DNA of 64,000 nucleotides from an archaeon GW2011_AR15 (GTDB taxonomy: Archaea > Nanobdellota > Nanobdellia > Woesearchaeales > GW2011-AR15): NCBI GenBank assembly GCA_000830295.1, contig CP010425.1:1024001-1088000 (forward strand), given 5' to 3'. Shown here in pieces: positions 59,644 to 64,000 of this stretch (the first letter of the stretch is position 1; every line of letters begins with the position of its first letter). The notes under the pieces are model-generated. The model worked only from the letters and a program-made list of their open reading frames with translations, was not told the DNA's origin and ran no database searches. The translations under genes and the position numbers were made by a program.

Positions 59644-60965
59644 CTTCTGATTATTGAAAGGATCTCTTCTCTCTTCTTTTCCATTAATTTTTTTGTGTCT
59701 GCCTCAAGGTTTAGGCGAAGATACGGCTCAGTATTGCTCGGGCGGACATTAAACCACCAGGAACCATATTCAACTGTAACACCATCAAGCCATGTTACCT
59801 CTGCATCTGAAAACCTCTCTGCAATCTCCCTCATCTTTCTTTCTTTGTCTTCAACTTGGGAATTTATCTCCCCGCTCTGGAAATATTTCCTGAGAGGAGC
59901 CACAAGTTCTGAGAGCTTCTTATTTTCTTCAGTCATCATCTCCAGCACTTTTATGATAACAAAGAAAGGGGCTTCTGCATAATGCTCATCCTCAAGATAA
60001 AAATGGCTGCTGAGCTCTCCTGCAAATTTTGCCTTCTCCCTTTTCATCTGCGCCTTGACAAGAGAATGGCCTACCATGCATCTTCCAGGTACCCCGTTGC
60101 TTATCTTGATAATATCCTCCACTGCTCTTGAGCATCTGACGTCATAAAGTATTTTTCTTCCGGGCTCTTTTGCTAAAATTGCTTTGGCAACAAGCCCTAT
60201 AATCATATCAGACTGGACAGTATTCCCTTTCTCATCCACAAATGCGCACCGGTCTGCATCGCCGTCAAAGGCTATGCCAATGTCTGCCTTATTTTTCAAT
60301 ACTGCTTCCTTAAGGTCATTCAGGTTTTCCTCTTTCAGCGGGTTGGCCTCATGGTTTGGAAAATTCCCGTCTAATTCAGGAAACAGGTGTATAAGCTCAA
60401 GGCCCAGCTTTTTGAAAAATTTAGAAGCTGTTGGGCCTCCGACTGCATTTGCAGTGTCAGTTACAACCCTGAATTTTTTTAGTTTTTTCTTTAAGTAAGA
60501 AAGTGAGTGGGCTATATAGCTATCCATAACATTTAATTTCTCAACTTTCCCTTTTTTACCAGGCAGCTTGTCCGGCAGCCTGCTGACCATCTCCCCAATC
60601 TCGTAAATCCCTGTTTCCCCTCCTATTGGCACTGCATCTTTTCTAACCATCTTAATTCCATTATATTCCGGTGGGTTGTGGGAGGCGCTTATCATCAGGC
60701 CACCTTCATGGCCGTAATTCCAGACTGAGAAATACATCATAGGGGTAGTCACAATGCCGATATCAACAACATTGCAGCCCTGGTCTGTTATTCCTTTCAC
60801 AAGAGCCTTAAACAGGCTCGGGGAAGAAACCCTCACATCCCTGCCCACAGTCACTTTTTTCGGCCGGAACTTCAGGACATATGCCCTCCCTATCTTATAG
60901 ACAATCCCCTCATCAATTGTTTCTTTATAGATGCCCCTGATGTCATAAGCCTTGAATATGCTCAT
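59640..60965 (-). CDS. Phosphomannomutase/phosphoglucomutase
   Basis: FKAYDIRG, ISASHNP, FDGDADR, GELSSH, RPSNTEP. Confidence 0.95.
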   Translation of the reverse strand: MSIFKAYDIRGIYKETIDEGIVYKIGRAYVLKFRPKKVTVGRDVRVSSPSLFKALVKGITDQGCNVVDIGIVTTPMMYFSVWNYGHEGGLMISASHNPPEYNGIKMVRKDAVPIGGETGIYEIGEMVSRLPDKLPGKKGKVEKLNVMDSYIAHSLSYLKKKLKKFRVVTDTANAVGGPTASKFFKKLGLELIHLFPELDGNFPNHEANPLKEENLNDLKEAVLKNKADIGIAFDGDADRCAFVDEKGNTVQSDMIIGLVAKAILAKEPGRKILYDVRCSRAVEDIIKISNGVPGRCMVGHSLVKAQMKREKAKFAGELSSHFYLEDEHYAEAPFFVIIKVLEMMTEENKKLSELVAPLRKYFQSGEINSQVEDKERKMREIAERFSDAEVTWLDGVTVEYGSWWFNVRPSNTEPYLRLNLEADTKKLMEKKREEILSIIRS

Positions 60966-61798
60966 TTTATCCCTTTCCACTCTTTTATTGCCTTTTCATA
61001 TCTTTCAGGAGTGCCTGTGTCAAACCACTGGCCTGAGAAAATATAGCCAAATAGCTTCTTGTCTTTTGCAAGCTTGGGGAATACATCCTCCTCATACATG
61101 GAAAACCCCTGGGGAATTGCCTTAAGGGCTTCGGGCTCCCATATTGACAGTCCTGAATTGATAAGGTTTGAAGGGGCTTTTCCGGGTGCAGGCTTCTCTA
61201 CGAATTCAAGTATCCTGTTCCCCTCAAGCTTTGCAACGCCATATGCTGACGGGTCTTTTACTGTTGTCAGGGCAGCTGTAACAAGGGCATTATTGTGCTT
61301 GTGAAAATGATACATCTCCTCAATATCAATATCCTTAAGCTCATCGCCATTGGTCACAATAAATGTCTCGTTAAGCAGAGGGGCAGCCAGCTTTATTGCG
61401 CCTGCGCTCCCTAATGGTTCTTTTTCCTCAACATAAGTTATTTTTACCCCAAATCTTGAGCCGCTTCCGAAATACTCCTTTATCTTATCTGCCTTATACC
61501 CGACTGAGAAAACAAGGTCTGTTATATGGTATTTCTTGAAAAGCTCTATAAGATGCTCGGGAACTGTCTTTCCCTGCAGCGGAAGCAGGGCTTTTGGCAT
61601 TTCATAGGTTATTGGCCTGAATCTCGTGCCTTTTCCTCCAAGAAGCAGCAGGGCTTTCTTCGGCCTGTTATTTCCCAAAACCCTGTGCAGGAACACCTCT
61701 ATTGCATGGCTCCTGTTCTTCAGCTTCTTGCCATCTATTTCTTTATCCAGCAACTCCAATGTGTCTGTATCCAGTGTTATTGTCAGCCTTTCTTTCAT
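60962..61798 (-). CDS. Ribbon-helix-helix plus sugar-phosphate nucleotidyltransferase fusion
   Basis: MKERLTITLD...NRSHAIE (RHH), then LGGKGTRFRP..PKALL, EPLGSAG, NGD, FVEKP, WFDTGT. Confidence 0.85.
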   Translation of the reverse strand: MKERLTITLDTDTLELLDKEIDGKKLKNRSHAIEVFLHRVLGNNRPKKALLLLGGKGTRFRPITYEMPKALLPLQGKTVPEHLIELFKKYHITDLVFSVGYKADKIKEYFGSGSRFGVKITYVEEKEPLGSAGAIKLAAPLLNETFIVTNGDELKDIDIEEMYHFHKHNNALVTAALTTVKDPSAYGVAKLEGNRILEFVEKPAPGKAPSNLINSGLSIWEPEALKAIPQGFSMYEEDVFPKLAKDKKLFGYIFSGQWFDTGTPERYEKAIKEWKGIK

Positions 61799-61915
61799 AT
61801 GGCATGAAAAACCCATCTAGAATATAAATCTTTTGAAAGTATGATGATGTATGATAAACTATATAGTAGTTCTCCGCAAGATTATTAAAAGGAGAGTAAA
61901 TTTTAAGCTGTTGTT

Positions 61916-62392
61916 ATGAAGCATTCCCTCAAAACAGGCATCAGTTTTGGCTTAACTTCAGGAATAATCACCACTCTTGGGCTGATGGTCGGCCTGAATT
62001 CAGGCACTCACTCAAAGCTGGTTGTTATTGGAGGTATATTTACGATTGCCATTGCAGATGCACTCTCAGATGCACTGGGCATACATGTTTCTGAAGAATC
62101 AGAGAACAAACATACTCCTGCAGAGATATGGGAGTCAACAATTTATACTTTCCTTGCTAAATTTGTCTTTGCCCTGTCCTTTGTTATTCCTCTCCTGTTT
62201 TTCCAGTTATCCACTGCAGTTATTGTCAGCGCAATCTGGGGTCTGTCTTTGCTGGGGATTTTCAGCATCTACATTGCCAAAGACCAGAAAACAAAAACCT
62301 GGAAAGTGGTGGCTGAGCACCTTGCTATTGCCCTGATAGTCATATTAATAACCCATTATGTAGGTGAATGGATTGGCGTAATGTTTGGATAG
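61916..62392 (+). CDS. VIT1/CCC1-like membrane protein (short form)
   Basis: FGLTSGIITTLG, IADALSDALGIHVSEE. Confidence 0.75.
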   Translation: MKHSLKTGISFGLTSGIITTLGLMVGLNSGTHSKLVVIGGIFTIAIADALSDALGIHVSEESENKHTPAEIWESTIYTFLAKFVFALSFVIPLLFFQLSTAVIVSAIWGLSLLGIFSIYIAKDQKTKTWKVVAEHLAIALIVILITHYVGEWIGVMFG

Positions 62393-62448
62393 GCAGAGTA
62401 ATGCATAATTCAGAAATATTTATCAACATGGGGGGCTTCCGGAAATGT

Positions 62449-62910
62449 ATGAAAGAGCATGGAAAATTCTTTTTTATTGTCCTGTTCATAGTTTCTCTTG
62501 ACCAGCTTGTTAAGTTTGTGATAAGAGCATCTCTTACTTCTGAAAGCTCAATACTCCTGGTCAAAAACTTTTTTTCAATAACCTACCTCCAGAATACAGG
62601 CATATCATTCGGCCTGCTGAAAGGGAACAATGCGCTCTTTGCAGCAATCGCTGCTGCTGCGCTCTTCATATTTTTTCATTTCTACAATAAAGAAAAAAAA
62701 TACTGGCTCCAGTATGCTCTTATAACCGGCGGTATCATCGGCAACCTGATAGACCGGCTCTATCTTGGCTATGTTGTCGACTACTTTAATTTCCACTTCT
62801 TTCCTGTCTTTAATATTGCAGATTCCTCAATATTCATAGGCATAGCATGGCTCATAATCCTGTCGTTCAGGGACGCAAAGAAATATAAAGGAAAAAAGAA
62901 AAGAAAGTAA
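62449..62910 (+). CDS. lspA: Lipoprotein signal peptidase (SPase II)
   Basis: DQLVK, NTGISFG, GGIIGNLIDR, VVDY, PVFNIAD with both catalytic Asp. Confidence 0.93.
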   Translation: MKEHGKFFFIVLFIVSLDQLVKFVIRASLTSESSILLVKNFFSITYLQNTGISFGLLKGNNALFAAIAAAALFIFFHFYNKEKKYWLQYALITGGIIGNLIDRLYLGYVVDYFNFHFFPVFNIADSSIFIGIAWLIILSFRDAKKYKGKKKRK

Positions 62911-62911
62911 T

Positions 62912-63703
62912 ATGGCTGACAAGAGAGTTAAAAAAGCGCAGGAAGCCTATGAAAAAGGCGACATTGAATCAACTAAGAAAGTTCATACAAAAGATGCAAT
63001 AGAACATGCTGAGAACCACAAGACCGGGAAGCACCTGGGTGATTTTGTGTATGGTGCACTTGACGGGATAGTAACCACTTTCGCAGTAGTTTCCGGTGTA
63101 GAGGGCGCACAGCTTTCAAGCTCTATTATACTTATCCTGGGTTTTGCCAACCTGCTTGGCGACGGCGTTTCAATGGGTGTGGGGAATTACCTAAGCACAA
63201 AATCAGAGCTTGATTATATAAAGAAAGAAAGGAAAAGAGAGGAGTGGGAAATAGAAAATTACCCTGAAGGAGAAAAAATGGAAATCAGACACATATTCCA
63301 TAAAAAAGGCTTCAGGGGTAAAGATCTTGACAGAGCCACAGGAATAGTAACTTCTGACAAAAAAATCTGGGTGGATACTATGATGACAGAAGAGCTTGGG
63401 CTTGTTGAAGAGGAAAAAACCCCTGTAATCAGCGGGCTTGCGACATTTACTGCTTTTGTCATTGCCGGATTCATACCTCTGCTTGCTTTTGTCTTGAAAA
63501 TATTAATTCCAAGCCTCACTATAGACCTATTTATGGTTTCCATATTCCTTACAGGCCTTGCGCTTTTTGTTGTAGGCGCAATGCGCTCACTGGTTACAAG
63601 ATTATCCTGGCTGCGCTCGGGACTGGAGATGCTTTTTGTAGGCGGGATTACAGCACTTGTTGCTTATGGCGTTGGATTCTTCTTAAGAGGCCTTGGAGTA
63701 TAA
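62912..63703 (+). CDS. VIT1/CCC1 family Fe/Mn transporter
   Basis: VYGALDGIVTTFAVV, ANL..DG.SMG.G.YLS, EELG, G.IPLL. Confidence 0.92.
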   Translation: MADKRVKKAQEAYEKGDIESTKKVHTKDAIEHAENHKTGKHLGDFVYGALDGIVTTFAVVSGVEGAQLSSSIILILGFANLLGDGVSMGVGNYLSTKSELDYIKKERKREEWEIENYPEGEKMEIRHIFHKKGFRGKDLDRATGIVTSDKKIWVDTMMTEELGLVEEEKTPVISGLATFTAFVIAGFIPLLAFVLKILIPSLTIDLFMVSIFLTGLALFVVGAMRSLVTRLSWLRSGLEMLFVGGITALVAYGVGFFLRGLGV

Positions 63704-63805
63704 TTACCAGGTAAATATTGCAACTGCTACAAGTATTACACCTATAGAAATGAAGATTATTGGGAGTAGATCCTCTTTTGGGATATTAATTGGTATATTT
63801 GCCAT
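63704..63805 (-). CDS. Possible 33-aa single-TM peptide
   Basis: MANIPINIPKEDLLPIIFISIGVILVAVAIFTW; in-frame part of ORF 63704..63952. Confidence 0.35.
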   Translation of the reverse strand: MANIPINIPKEDLLPIIFISIGVILVAVAIFTW

Positions 63806-63857
63806 ATAAAGATTAGAAGTTCTCCAGTTTTTAAATTTTTTGAATATATTTTTATAT

Positions 63858-64000
63858 ATGTTCGGTTTACCATACTTCATGGTGACTATGGATGAAGCTG
63901 ATTCAATTGATAAATTCATAAAGGATAATGGCTGGCCTGCTTTCTGCAGCATGGTTATAGAGACAGGCAGACGGTTTCCTGAAAACTATTATGTAAGGTC
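63858..64000 (+). CDS. Hypothetical protein, 3'-truncated by the window edge
   Basis: ATG at 63858 open to the window end (MFGLPYFMVTMDEADSIDKFIKDNGWPAFC...). Confidence 0.4.
   Translation, partial: MFGLPYFMVTMDEADSIDKFIKDNGWPAFCSMVIETGRRFPENYYVR

Overview
Gene-dense archaeal chromosome segment, most consistent with a DPANN Woesearchaeota-type organism (divergent archaeal 16S, split rpoB, thermosome, TFE, Alba and SRP54, alongside bacterial-type ThrRS, LspA and Xfp/AckA). Housekeeping content includes the rpoH-B''-B'-A'-A'' operon, a minus-strand 16S-tRNA-Ala-23S operon without 5S, ribosomal proteins (including L39e and L41e, which the ORF track missed), FtsZ, RtcB and archease. There are 8 tRNA genes; 7 carry introns and two also have a 32-nt T-loop intron. 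The main accessory feature is an approximately 10.5 kb NrtR-associated NAD island (29.7-40.2 kb). It has four GT-N7-AC operators in an archaeal promoter context and a terminator-like leader hairpin. It encodes a complete nicotinamide/ADP-ribose to NAD(P) salvage set, co-operonic with a Ser/Thr kinase, a vWA protein, a divergent pyruvate-kinase-like enzyme and two unknown proteins. Other unusual elements are an identical 52-bp tRNA-3'-end-duplicating hairpin behind both tRNA-Glu genes, a cobalamin-riboswitch-like leader, degenerate RNA polymerase clamp zinc sites and an HPF-like small protein. No CRISPR array, transposase or integrase was seen. All calls come from reading motifs by eye; no database searches were run.
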